A DNA stretch of 64,000 nt from Chloracidobacterium sp. (GTDB lineage Bacteria > Acidobacteriota > Blastocatellia > Chloracidobacteriales > Chloracidobacteriaceae). A model generated the notes under the pieces. The model did no database searches. It was not told the origin of the DNA and saw only the letters and a program-made list of their open reading frames with translations. Below, piece after piece: positions 1 through 9,200 of this stretch (its first letter is position 1; each line of letters starts with the position of its first letter). The DNA lies in contig JANWUV010000011.1 in the NCBI GenBank assembly GCA_025057975.1, forward strand, positions 65,555 to 129,554, read 5' to 3'. Made by a program: the position numbers and the translations under genes.

Positions 1-520
1 CGGTCGGCAGGCGTACCGTTGCGCCGATTTTCGCGCCATACCACGTGCAGAAGTCATTGGCGTCATGCCAGGAAACGTTCGTGACTGGTTGCATCGCTGC
101 GCCAACCGGGAAGGTACCATTCGTCCAGTCCTTTGGCGCAGCGTGGCGGGTGGCGGTGACAAACTCGTGGTACTGCTGATTGGTGACTTCCGTTTCCGAC
201 ATCCAGAAACTCCCAACTGCCACTTTGCGCGGCGGCAGACCGTCCACGCCGCCTAAAGCAACCACCCCGGCCGGAATCAGCACCAAGCCAATGACCGGGG
301 GCGACAGGGGGGCAGGCGGTGGGGGCGGCGTGGGCGGCGCAGCCGCCGGCGGCGGTGGCGGCGTAGGACGCGCAACTGGGGGCGGCGGTGACTGCCCGCC
401 GAAGAAAAACCACATTCCGCCCCCAAGGAGGATCGACAGCATCAAGCAAACAGCCGCCGCGACGCCCAACGCGATCAGCCGCGCGCTTTCCGACGGTTTT
501 TGGCGTGTCCGAAAGTTCAT
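1..520 (-). CDS. Membrane-anchored FGE-sulfatase (SUMF1-like) domain protein, N-terminal part; the gene continues past the window edge
   Basis: Not in the ORF track because it is open to the window edge. Own translation from the ATG at 520-518: MNFRTRQKPSESARLIALGVAAAVCLMLSILLGGGMWFFFGG (TM anchor), a Pro-rich linker (PPPPVARPTPPPPPAAAPPTPPPPPAP), then VLIPAGVVALGG..FWMSETEVTNQQYHEFV..PVTNVSWHDANDFCTWYG, the layout typical of the FGE-sulfatase fold. The start overlaps the upstream stop as ATGA (ATG 520-518, TGA 519-517). Confidence 0.6.
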   Translation of the reverse strand, partial: MNFRTRQKPSESARLIALGVAAAVCLMLSILLGGGMWFFFGGQSPPPPVARPTPPPPPAAAPPTPPPPPAPLSPPVIGLVLIPAGVVALGGVDGLPPRKVAVGSFWMSETEVTNQQYHEFVTATRHAAPKDWTNGTFPVGAAMQPVTNVSWHDANDFCTWYGAKIGATVRLPT

Positions 521-1164
521 TCAAGCGAAGTTTGACGCGCGTCACGCCGCTGGGTCTCATGCAGGTCGAGAAGCGCCTGTTCAATGACGCGCAACTGGGT
601 GTCAAGTTGAGCGTCCACAATACCCGACTCGCTCTCGAGGATACAGCCCCCAACTGAAACGCGAGTGTCGGGCACAATGTTGACGAACTGCCCCCGTCGG
701 AGTGTTTCGATCGCTTCGCGGTGACGCTCCAGCTTTGGTACGTCAGCCGGATTGACACAAATCGTAATGGCGCTCGCGTGTCGAATGTTGCGCATCGCCG
801 TCCGTACAATGTCGAGCAGGGTAGCGTCATGGGTTTCCAGTTCGCGCCCGACGATTTTTTCTGCAATCCGCAGAGCCAACCGCAGCACTTCTCGTTCGGC
901 GTCGGCGAGCATCATCTCGCGGCGGCGCTGGAGTTCAAGCAGGCGCGTTGTGAATTCCTTAAGTCCGGCTTCATAGCCGGCGGCGTACGCCTCGGCGCGA
1001 ATACGCTCGACCTCGCCTTTCGCTTCGGCGACCAGTCGTTCGGCTTCGGCGCGCGCTTCACTGAGCAGCCGCCGCGCCTCAGCGCGCGCCTCAATGACCG
1101 GACGCTTGACGACGCCGCCAGTCAGGGGAAGAAGTTGCAGCACGGAGGGTTTGACGACTTGCAT
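517..1164 (-). CDS. FliH/SctL family protein (T3SS ATPase stator/regulator)
   Basis: 215 aa. N-terminal charged coiled coil (EARAEARRLLSEARAEAERLVAEAKGEVERIRAEA). C-terminal block ITICVNPADVPKLE ... VGGCILESESGIVDAQLDTQLRVIEQAL matches the FliH/SctL C-terminal signature (GGC.iE.e.G.iDa.l). Confidence 0.75.
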   Translation of the reverse strand: MQVVKPSVLQLLPLTGGVVKRPVIEARAEARRLLSEARAEAERLVAEAKGEVERIRAEAYAAGYEAGLKEFTTRLLELQRRREMMLADAEREVLRLALRIAEKIVGRELETHDATLLDIVRTAMRNIRHASAITICVNPADVPKLERHREAIETLRRGQFVNIVPDTRVSVGGCILESESGIVDAQLDTQLRVIEQALLDLHETQRRDARQTSLE

Positions 1165-1179
1165 AGGGGCTAGAGGGCA

Positions 1180-2166
1180 TTACTCCGACGCCGGATTCCT
1201 TCTCGGCAAGTCGGACACAGTTCCGTTACGGTGATGTTGCGCCAGCCGGAGCACGTCTTGAAACAACTGCTGCCGGAGTTCTGGTCGGACGGCGACGGGC
1301 GGCGCATCCAGCCACTCTTGAAGGCGGCGGACGAGTTTGGGCGCCAGCTTTTGAAACAGGAACGTCAAGCGGTCGCCGTCGCAGCCGGCCGGCGCGGCGG
1401 TCATCACCACTTGCCAACCAAGAGTTGTTACTAGCTCCGGGTCGCGCTTACGCTGCGTCATCGCCGACTGGACAATTCGGCGGGCAAACTCACGGCGCGG
1501 CGCAGGCGGCGCTTTTGGCAGCGCGCGAAAGGCGGCGATTTGCTCAGCGATGGCGTGCGCGTCGGCTTCGGGAAAACGTCGGAGCAGCGCCGTTACGGCC
1601 TCGGTCGTCGGCAGGTCATAGCCAGCCAGGCCAATCTCCGCAACGCCGACCGCATGCGCTACGCGCTGTAACTCCGCCTCCGTTAGTTCGTCAAAAGGCG
1701 TTAGCGGGGCGATCTGGTCGGCGCTTACAAACTGCGCCAGGAATCGTCGCCGAACGGCGTTGAGGACTGGCGCGACCGGCGCAAGGTCATCCAAGCTCAG
1801 GTGTGTCTGGCTCTGGCGCAGCGCGCGCGCCACGGCCGTCCCCAGCGGAGCCGGCAGGGACGCCAGCAACAGCCGCTGGATATAGGCCGGCTCATCCCGC
1901 AGCGCGGCCGCAATGTGGGACGGATGAATACGTGGGTCGAGCGTCAAAGGTTGCTGCCGAATACGCCGCCGGAGTTCATCTAACGTCTGCGCCAACCAGG
2001 TTGTGAGCTTGCTTTCCTCCTGCGCACGCAGTTCTTGGTGGCGCTGCTCAAGTTTTCGGCGGTCGTCGTCCGGCGACAGCGCAAAGAGTTCGGACGGCGG
2101 GATTGGATTTTGTGTCGTGTTGCGTTCGTAGGCGAGGGCAAGCGCCAGAAGCCAGTCAGTTTGCAT
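1180..2166 (-). CDS. FliG/MgtE_N-like helical-repeat protein (candidate T3SS cytoplasmic component)
   Basis: 328 aa. IHPSHIAAALRDEPAYIQRLLLASLPAPLGTAVARAL resembles the FliG middle-domain EHPQ.iA.il..l.p..aa.vl..LP motif. A second helical repeat follows (ELTEAELQRVAHAVGVAEIGLAG...). It sits 15 nt upstream of the FliH/SctL-like gene, mirroring the flagellar fliG-fliH order. Confidence 0.45.
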   Translation of the reverse strand: MQTDWLLALALAYERNTTQNPIPPSELFALSPDDDRRKLEQRHQELRAQEESKLTTWLAQTLDELRRRIRQQPLTLDPRIHPSHIAAALRDEPAYIQRLLLASLPAPLGTAVARALRQSQTHLSLDDLAPVAPVLNAVRRRFLAQFVSADQIAPLTPFDELTEAELQRVAHAVGVAEIGLAGYDLPTTEAVTALLRRFPEADAHAIAEQIAAFRALPKAPPAPRREFARRIVQSAMTQRKRDPELVTTLGWQVVMTAAPAGCDGDRLTFLFQKLAPKLVRRLQEWLDAPPVAVRPELRQQLFQDVLRLAQHHRNGTVSDLPRRNPASE

Positions 2167-2346
2167 GAAACGGGAAACAGTCTTTTACCTTGGCGGAATT
2201 CATCACGCCGCCGGCATGCTATGCGCCAAGCGCGTCGGCCGATGCAAGCTTTTTTTGCCTCAGCGACCGGCGTTTCTGGTTCTTTGACCGGCTTTTCCAT
2301 CCCTGCTGAATCCACTTGATGAGGCCGCGACACACCGGGGCGCGCC

Positions 2347-3654
2347 CTAACGCCGGGGATAGAAATCATCCAAGCGGCGCTCATGCGGCTCGCCCAACAA
2401 GCCCATGTTCTGCGCCACCAGCATGGCGACGCAGGCGTCGCTGGTGACGTTCGCCACCGTACGGCACATATCCAGCGGGCGATCAATGGCGAAAATCAAC
2501 GCCAAACCTTCCTGCGGGATGCCGGCGGCGCCCAGCACGATGACGAGAACGATCAGGCCGGCGCTCGGCACGGCGGCCGCCCCAATCGAAGCCAGCGTCG
2601 CCGTCAGCAGGATGCTCAACTGATCGCCTAGATCGAGCGCAATGCCCAACACTTGCGCGATGAACACCGCCGCGACGCCTTGGTACAGCGCCGTGCCGTC
2701 CATATTCATCGTCGCCCCGATGGGCAAGACGAAACCAGCGACCTCTTCGTGAACGCCCAAATGCTCCTGCACGCGCTCCATTGTGACCGGCAATGTCGCG
2801 GCGCTTGAGCTGGTTGAAAAAGCTACCAACTGCGCCGGCAGTACGCCGCGCATGAAGAAGCGATAAGATTTTCCGGTTACAAGCCACACCAACACTGGAT
2901 AGAAGGCGAAAATTAGGACGGCAAGGCCGGCGACGACGCAGAGGGCGTATCGCAGGAGGCTGACGAGGATGTCAGCACTTGGCGATTCGGTAATCAGCGT
3001 CGCCAGCAGCGCCATGACGCCCACTGGCGCGGTCAGCATGACGAGATCAACCAGCCTAAGAATGACCTCGTTCAGCCCGTCGAAGATATCTCTGATAGGC
3101 TTAGCTTTCTCCTCAGCGATGAGAATCAGCCCGACGCCGATCAGGAGGGCGAAAAAGATCACTTGCAGCATCCGGCGGTTGTCAGTCGTCGCAGCGAACA
3201 CGTTGTCGGGGACAATATCCACAAGCGGCTGGAGCGGCCCTTTGTCTTGCTCCGACTTCGCCGTAGAAATGCGCCCCTTGGCTTCGTCGGCGTAGGCGCT
3301 TAGAAGTTTTTCACGGGTCGCTGGCGCCACGCCCGTGCCCGGTTTGACGAAATTAACGATGAGCAAACCAATAGCCACGGCCACAGCTGTCGTCAGCAAG
3401 TAGAGTGCCAGCGAACGCCCGCCCATCCGCGACAACTGGCTCAAGTCTTTCATGTCTGAGACGCCCTTGATGAGCGAGGCGATGATGAGTGGCACGGCGA
3501 TCATCTTGAGCAAGTTCATGAAGATCGTCCCAAAAGGCTTGATCCAGTACTTGACGAACTGCTGCGCACCGAGCCAGTCAGCGGCAAAGCCAACAATGAG
3601 TCCAGCGAGCATCCCGACCAAGATTTGCCAGTGCAGCGGGAATTTTTTCAGCAT
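2347..3654 (-). CDS. Dicarboxylate/amino acid:cation symporter (DAACS family, GltP-like)
   Basis: 435 aa polytopic protein. Family-typical segments include SSSAATLPVT, PIGATMNMDGTALYQ and DRPLDMCRTVANVTSD. Confidence 0.85.
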   Translation of the reverse strand: MLKKFPLHWQILVGMLAGLIVGFAADWLGAQQFVKYWIKPFGTIFMNLLKMIAVPLIIASLIKGVSDMKDLSQLSRMGGRSLALYLLTTAVAVAIGLLIVNFVKPGTGVAPATREKLLSAYADEAKGRISTAKSEQDKGPLQPLVDIVPDNVFAATTDNRRMLQVIFFALLIGVGLILIAEEKAKPIRDIFDGLNEVILRLVDLVMLTAPVGVMALLATLITESPSADILVSLLRYALCVVAGLAVLIFAFYPVLVWLVTGKSYRFFMRGVLPAQLVAFSTSSSAATLPVTMERVQEHLGVHEEVAGFVLPIGATMNMDGTALYQGVAAVFIAQVLGIALDLGDQLSILLTATLASIGAAAVPSAGLIVLVIVLGAAGIPQEGLALIFAIDRPLDMCRTVANVTSDACVAMLVAQNMGLLGEPHERRLDDFYPRR

Positions 3655-3845
3655 ATGGGCGCGGTGATTAATCCGGCGTGTGATGTCGAAGTTGCAGACC
3701 AGTTGAGGGCATCGTTTTTCTCAGAGCGAGGCCGAAAAGTAAAGCCACGCCGTGTACCGACAAGGCTTTCCAGCTTGCGGTCACGGACTTCCATCGGTAG
3801 CGTTTGACAAACGGATGCCTTCTGCTTGCGCGTGGACCCCAGCTC

Positions 3846-4364
3846 ATGCTCACCAAGCAGGATCACGAATGGTTACAGGGCGGTTTGTCGCTTGCCGCCG
3901 CCACTGGTTGGACGCCGGAAGAAGTTCGGCTGGTGACTGACTTGGGCTACAACTTGGCCGAGCAGGGGCGTCACGCAGAAGCTATTACGATTTTTGAAGG
4001 TCTGGCGGCGCTTGCGCCGGCGACTTTGTATTTTCAATCGGCGCTGGGTGCGCTCAAACTGCGCATCAAGGACTACGCCGGGGCGCTGCCGCATCTGAAT
4101 CGCGTGCTGGCGGCGACCCCGGACGACGCTGTGGCGCTGGTCAATCGTGGTGAAACACTGCTGCACTTGGGTGACTTGTCGAGCGCCCGCGCCGACTTGC
4201 AGCGGGCGGTGGCGTTGGTTCCCGACGCCGACCCGCCGCCGTACATTACGCGCGCCAAGGCGCTGTTGCTGGCGCTGGAACGAGGCTGGCAGCCGCTGGC
4301 GCGCGGGTTGCCTGACCCAGGTCGGCCCGAGAGTCGTCAGCTTGGCGACGGCTTCCAGTTGTGA
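3846..4364 (+). CDS. TPR protein, SycD/LcrH/CesD-like class II T3SS chaperone candidate
   Basis: Three TPR units. Clearly paralogous to the 23703-24161 product (shared G.T.E..., EQG, IFEGL, ALGAL, VNR.E, ADLQRA..L.P). The first ATG in the ORF is at 3846; the track start at 3804 is TTG. Confidence 0.6.
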   Translation: MLTKQDHEWLQGGLSLAAATGWTPEEVRLVTDLGYNLAEQGRHAEAITIFEGLAALAPATLYFQSALGALKLRIKDYAGALPHLNRVLAATPDDAVALVNRGETLLHLGDLSSARADLQRAVALVPDADPPPYITRAKALLLALERGWQPLARGLPDPGRPESRQLGDGFQL

Positions 4365-5284
4365 CAACGACGCGCAGACGTTCCCTTCGGCCATGGTGGA
4401 CAGCCGCCAAATGGTTGGCCCTACTCGTATTGCTGGCGCTGGCGGCGCACGCCGGCCATCTTCGTGCAGTCATCGCCGCCCTTGGCCGCGCTGACCGAAG
4501 CTGGATTGCAGCAGCGTTTGGGCTGGGCGCGGTCATGCTGGTTCTCCGGACGGCCAAGTGGCGGTGGTTGTTGGTACGGGTTCACCCGCAAACATCGTGG
4601 CTGACGGCGGCACGGTCGCTACTGGGAGGGATGGCGCTGGGACTTGTTACACCCGGTCGCGTTGGCGAGGTTGGACGCGCCGCTTTCTTACCGCCGGGCG
4701 TACGTCTGACGGCGGCTGGGTTGTTCATCATTGACCGCGCCGCCGACCTTGCGGCGCTTGGCGCAGCCGCCTGTTTGGGGACGCTGGGGGTTGCGCCCAC
4801 CACTTGGCGCTGGCCGCTGGCGTTGGCAGGCGTAGGTTGTGTTGGGATGGTCTTTGTGTTGCCGGTTGTGTTGTCGGCTGTCTTGGCGGCGCGGCGTCTT
4901 CCAGGTCGGCTGCGGGAAAAGCTTTGTCCGGCGGCGACGGCGTTGGCGCAGCTGCGCCGGCGGGACATCGCCGCCAACATCGCTGCCGGTCTAGCATTGA
5001 CGGCGTTGGATATCGTCTCGCTTTACGCGCTGGCGCGGGCATTCGAGCCGGTGCGCTTCGCTGTCGTCGCGTTTGCATTCCCTTGGATTGTGCTGACGAA
5101 TCTCGTCCCCGTTACCCCGGCCGGCGTCGGCGTTCGTGAAGGCGCAGCGGCGGGCATTCTCCAAGCTTACGGTGTCGCTCTCCCAACCGCCGTCAATGCG
5201 GCGCTATTGCTGTTTGCGATCAATACGCTGGCGCCGGCGCTGGTCGGGCTGGTCTGGATTGGTAAACGCTCCAGCGCAGCGTGA
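4361..5284 (+). CDS. UPF0104 / lysylphosphatidylglycerol-synthase-TM-region-like (flippase-like) membrane protein
   Basis: 307 aa, multiple TM helices, RTAKWRWLL motif typical of this family. The GTG start overlaps the upstream TGA by 4 nt (GTGA). Confidence 0.6.
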   Translation: MTTTRRRSLRPWWTAAKWLALLVLLALAAHAGHLRAVIAALGRADRSWIAAAFGLGAVMLVLRTAKWRWLLVRVHPQTSWLTAARSLLGGMALGLVTPGRVGEVGRAAFLPPGVRLTAAGLFIIDRAADLAALGAAACLGTLGVAPTTWRWPLALAGVGCVGMVFVLPVVLSAVLAARRLPGRLREKLCPAATALAQLRRRDIAANIAAGLALTALDIVSLYALARAFEPVRFAVVAFAFPWIVLTNLVPVTPAGVGVREGAAAGILQAYGVALPTAVNAALLLFAINTLAPALVGLVWIGKRSSAA

Positions 5285-5881
5285 TACGCGGTATGCGCAA
5301 TTGCAGACGGAGGCAAGCGCTTTTACACCCCAAAGTGAAAGTCGTGTGCCGCCAACGCCTCGGCAATCGGCCAGAGTCTGGCATAGCGGCGTGCGTCGCC
5401 AGTCAAACGGCGTGGCTTTGAGGCCGCAGGCACGATGGTTTCCACCACCAGCGCCTCCGCCTGTTCCCATAACAACCGCTCCCCTGCGCTGCAATATCCT
5501 GGCGGCACGTTGTGGTTGTGCCGCCAGCCCAAGAATTTATCGCTTGCCAACGTACATTGGCAGCGACAGAGCGGATGGCGTCGCTGCGAACGTCGGCGTT
5601 GCGCGCTCGCCTAAAACCTCGGCGACGAGCTTGCCCTGCGGGTCGCGCCGAATTTCTTCGTGGTTTTTTCTTCCGGCGAGTCGTTGCGCTAATAGGTGAT
5701 TGTGCTCGGCGCGAGGCTGGGTTGCTGCGAATCAGAAATCTCACTCACCCCCACAAGCGCAAAATCGCTGTCATCCACACCAAGCAGGGCTGAACAATTT
5801 CGACGACAAGCCGCTTGCGTTTGCCGCCGCAACCGGCGACGATGGCGTATCTTGTCCAATCCCCCTGACCGACCCCAACCA

Positions 5882-7804
5882 ATGGATTTCCCGACACGAG
5901 CCGCCAGGTTGCCGTGGCGCGGCCTCTTTCCAATCCTGTGGTTTGGCTTGACGCTGCTCGCTCACGGTCAAGCGCCGAATCCCGACGCCGAAGCCTCCGC
6001 GCCTATGCCCATCAAACTCGAACCTATGCCGCCCCGGTCGGGCTATGAGCCGCCCGCCGCCGCTGCCGCGCGTTCACTGACCGACAGCACCACTGCCGCG
6101 CCAAAAGCTTTTCTGACGCGCTGCGAGAAGACCGACTACGTTGAAACCGGCGACTACGCTGAGACGGTCGCGCTTTGGAAGAAAATGGCCGCTGCCTCGC
6201 CTTTCGCCGAGTTGCTTCCCATCGGCGACACGGCGCAGGGGCGGACGCTCTACGTACTGGTCGCCTCCAAAGACAAAGCCTTTACGCCACACCGCGCCGC
6301 CAAAACCCGAAAGCCCGTGGTGTTTATCCAAAACGGCATTCATCCGGGCGAAATTTCGGGCAAGGACGCGACCTCGATGCTCCTGCGCGACATTCTCATC
6401 ACGAAGCGCCACGCCGCGCTGCTTGACTCGGTGATCATTCTGGCGATGCCGGTTTTCAACGCCGACGGTCACGAAAACACCAGCCCTTGGCATCGCGTCA
6501 ACCAGAACGGCCCGCGCGAGATGGGCTTTCGCGCGACGGCGACGCGCCTCAACCTCAACCGCGACTACATGAAGGCTGATGCGCCCGAAATGCGCGCTTG
6601 GCTGCGGTTTTTCACCACCTGGAAGCCCGACTTCTTCATAGACAACCACGTGACGGACGGCATGGATCACCAGTACGACGTAACGCTTGACATGCCGACC
6701 GAGCAGAACACGTGGCCGACAATCGGCGCGTGGACGAAGGAGACGTTTCTGCCGAAGCTCTATGCGCGCTTGGAAGCTGACGGGCACGTGGTCGGCCCGT
6801 ACGCCGAGCCGCGCGATCCGGCCGACTGGTCAAAGGGCTTTGATGTCGGCGTGATTGAGCCGCGTTACTCAACCGGCTACGTAGCGTTGTGGCATCGCCC
6901 GGCGCTGCTGGTGGAGACGCACAGCCTCAAGTCGTACCGGACGCAAGTGTGGGCGCACTACGACCTCATGACGCATACGCTGGCGCTGGTCGGCGCGGAG
7001 GGCGCGCATTTGCGCGAGATGATTCGCGCCGCCGAAGCGGGCATGGCGGAACTCGCCGCCGCCGCCAAGCCGCTGTTTCTCGCCGGAACGCACGGCGACG
7101 CCGGGACGACCTTCACGTACAAGGGCGTCGCTTGGCGTGAGGAAACCAGCCTTGTCACCGGGCGTCCCGTCCGCGCGTACGAAAGCCGGCTCGTGGACAT
7201 CCCGACCAAGCTTTTCACCAAGCTCAAAACGACGGCGGCACCGACCGTCCCGGCAGGCTACCTCATTCCAGCGGAATGGACGGCGGTAGTGGACGTGCTC
7301 GCCGCGCATGGCGTCGAGATGAAGCGGTTAAAAAAGGTCACCACTGTGGATTGTGAAACCTATTGTCTGCGCGATCCTAAGTGGGCGACGCGCCCGTTCG
7401 AGGGCCGCGTGATGCTGACCAGTTTCACCATCCAGCGCGCCCGGACGACGAAAACCTTTCCTGCTGGGACGGTCTACGTGCCGATGACGCAACCGGCGGC
7501 GCGCGTCGCGTTCAACTGGCTGGAGCCTGAAGGGCCGGATTCGGCCGTCCGGTGGGGCTTGTTCAACACGATTTTCGAGCAGAAGGAGTACGCGGCGGAT
7601 TACGTTTTTGAGCCGATTGCGCGCGAAATGCTTAAGCGGAATCCAAAACTGCGCGCCGAGTTCGAGCGCAAGCTGGCGGAGGACGCCGATTTCGCGGCCA
7701 GTCCGCGGGCGCGCTTTCAGTTCCTCTACGAGCGGTCGCCCTACTACGAAACCGACAAAGACGCTTACCCGGTCGTCAGGGTTTTCGAGCCGCCGCTGCG
7801 GTGA
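5882..7804 (+). CDS. Secreted M14-family zinc carboxypeptidase
   Basis: GIHPGEISGKDA and NADGHEN zinc-binding-region motifs. Signal-peptide-like N-terminus from the ATG at 5882 (MDFPTRAARLPWRGLFPILWFGLTLLAHGQ). The upstream part of the track ORF looks non-coding. Confidence 0.8.
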   Translation: MDFPTRAARLPWRGLFPILWFGLTLLAHGQAPNPDAEASAPMPIKLEPMPPRSGYEPPAAAAARSLTDSTTAAPKAFLTRCEKTDYVETGDYAETVALWKKMAAASPFAELLPIGDTAQGRTLYVLVASKDKAFTPHRAAKTRKPVVFIQNGIHPGEISGKDATSMLLRDILITKRHAALLDSVIILAMPVFNADGHENTSPWHRVNQNGPREMGFRATATRLNLNRDYMKADAPEMRAWLRFFTTWKPDFFIDNHVTDGMDHQYDVTLDMPTEQNTWPTIGAWTKETFLPKLYARLEADGHVVGPYAEPRDPADWSKGFDVGVIEPRYSTGYVALWHRPALLVETHSLKSYRTQVWAHYDLMTHTLALVGAEGAHLREMIRAAEAGMAELAAAAKPLFLAGTHGDAGTTFTYKGVAWREETSLVTGRPVRAYESRLVDIPTKLFTKLKTTAAPTVPAGYLIPAEWTAVVDVLAAHGVEMKRLKKVTTVDCETYCLRDPKWATRPFEGRVMLTSFTIQRARTTKTFPAGTVYVPMTQPAARVAFNWLEPEGPDSAVRWGLFNTIFEQKEYAADYVFEPIAREMLKRNPKLRAEFERKLAEDADFAASPRARFQFLYERSPYYETDKDAYPVVRVFEPPLR

Positions 7805-8324
7805 GCTTTTCACTTTCCTGTGCCCGCGCACAGTCGTGGGTGCTCTGAACCGGCGGTTGGGGCGGCGCGTGACGCCGGTCGAGGAGCAAGCGCGCGATCC
7901 GGCGCTGGAGCAGTAGGGGTTGAGTTGGTGGTGGGAACAACGGCGGACGCCGCCCAACGCGCCTTCGTGTGGTTGCCGGAGTGGTGGGTAATGGAGCGAA
8001 GTTCGGCGCGGATGGCGTGCTTGCGGCAGTTGGCGCGTGTGTCAAGCGTTACTGGATTTTGGGTAGCCGGCACATTGTCATGTTGGTGATCCGATGCTGC
8101 GGGCATGGGTGAAAATAGCGGTTCAGCGGGGCAAGGTGCATAACACGCGCTGGATGCCGCTCACGAATCGGGTCGGCCCCGTCACCATGAAAGGTGTTCA
8201 CCGAGAGCAAGAGAACAACCACCGCCAAATCTTGTTCGTGCGCCACGGGCTTGCCACGCCGCCGGATTACTTGGATAGGTTCTGACTGACCCCACCCACA
8301 CAAGTCTGTACAAGGATGCTTTTA

Positions 8325-9200
8325 TCACTCCGGCGGCAGTCCCAACTGGGCGCGCAGGCGGGCGAGTTCTTCCAGCAGGGTCTCTTTCGCTTGTCGCTCC
8401 GCTGCAGCGCGAGCCTCGGCCTCTTGCGCGCGGGCTTCGGCTTCGAGCTTGGCCTGCCGTTCCGCTTCAGCACGGGCTTCGGCTTCGAATTTGGCCTGCC
8501 GTTCCGCTTCAGCACGCGCCTCCGCTTCCTTCAACCGCGCCTCCGCCGCCTCCTTCGCCGCCTGCTCCGCCAACAACCGCTCCAACTCCGCCCGCTGCAA
8601 ATCCTCCGCAAACACCCCCGCCAACACCTCGCTCACCGGCAACCGACACCCACCCAGCGCCTCCAACTCCACGACCTCGCCCTCGATATATGTCCGCTCC
8701 TCCAAGTACCGCCCCGTCGCCACATCCGGTTGCCCGTACCCCACTATGCACCGCCGCCGCCGATCCACCACCACGTACACTTCCACCCCGCGCCGCGCAT
8801 ACGCCTCCCGCTTCTTCCCATAGTCGTCCCGCCAGTTCTCACTCGCCACCTCCACCACTAACACCACCGACACACCTACCCGCAGCACCCCGGCTTCCTC
8901 CTCATCCGCCCCCAGCGCCGCATCCTCCCGCCGACACACCACCAAGTCCGGAATCAGCGCCATATACTCGTCAATCTGCACCCCCAACAGCGTCACCACG
9001 TACGGCAGCCTCTTCTCGCTGATGGCGCGCGTCAGGTAGGCCGCCAAGGCCAACACGATGAGTTGGTGGGCTTTGTTCGGTTGGGGCATCTCGACGGGGA
9101 CACCTTCGATGAGTTCATAGCGCACATCGGGTTCGCCGTAGTCTAAGAACTCCTCGAAGGTCATCAAGCGGGGCGGGGTGGCGGTCAACGGGGTGGACAT
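8325..9200 (-). CDS. Uma2-family (DUF820) putative endonuclease fused to a C-terminal EA/RQAK coiled coil
   Basis: From the ATG at 9200: MSTPLTATPPRLMTFEEFLDYGEPDVRYELIEGVPVEMPQPNKAHQLIV..., a typical Uma2 N-terminus. The C-terminus is repetitive: EAEARAEAERQAKFEAEARAEAERQAKLEAEARAQEAEARAAAERQAKE. Confidence 0.75.
   Translation of the reverse strand: MSTPLTATPPRLMTFEEFLDYGEPDVRYELIEGVPVEMPQPNKAHQLIVLALAAYLTRAISEKRLPYVVTLLGVQIDEYMALIPDLVVCRREDAALGADEEEAGVLRVGVSVVLVVEVASENWRDDYGKKREAYARRGVEVYVVVDRRRRCIVGYGQPDVATGRYLEERTYIEGEVVELEALGGCRLPVSEVLAGVFAEDLQRAELERLLAEQAAKEAAEARLKEAEARAEAERQAKFEAEARAEAERQAKLEAEARAQEAEARAAAERQAKETLLEELARLRAQLGLPPE
8432..8515. repeat. Tandem 42-bp duplication inside the Uma2 coiled-coil tail
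   Basis: gggcttcggcttcgaGCttggcctgccgttccgcttcagcac (8432-8473) is followed immediately by the same 42-mer with gaAT (8474-8515). That is 2 mismatches, encoding the 14-aa EAEARAEAERQAK(L/F) unit. Confidence 0.9.

Noticed and set aside
63-866. 267-aa minus-strand track ORF spanning the FliH/SctL gene end and the downstream region
   Set aside because: It is an Arg/Gly/Ala-rich alternate-frame product typical of high-GC shadow ORFs. The real genes here are the FliH/SctL ORF (517-1164) and the FGE-domain ORF (1-520) in other frames.
5285-5881. About 600-bp gap with short minus-strand ORFs (for example 5323-5550, ..WRHNHNVPPGY..; and a fragment ..HEEIRRDPQGKLVAEVLGE..)
   Set aside because: I considered a degraded HNH, HEPN or TA gene. 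The fragments are in different frames, lack diagnostic motifs and have no convincing starts. This cannot be supported without a database search.
6074-6787. Long antisense or alternate-frame ORFs. Examples: 6074-6787, 17777-18508, 33159-34037, 38676-39233, 43022-43690, 46344-47270, 47919-48971, 59657-60439
   Set aside because: Each lies opposite or out of frame to a gene with clear family motifs. Their translations are Arg/Gly/Pro-rich with no recognisable domains, the standard high-GC shadow-ORF artefact.
7805-8324. 520-bp gap with small ORFs on both strands (8049-8303 minus, 8094-8285 plus)
   Set aside because: No recognisable motif, SD or family resemblance. This is possibly a decayed gene, but there is no evidence to call one.
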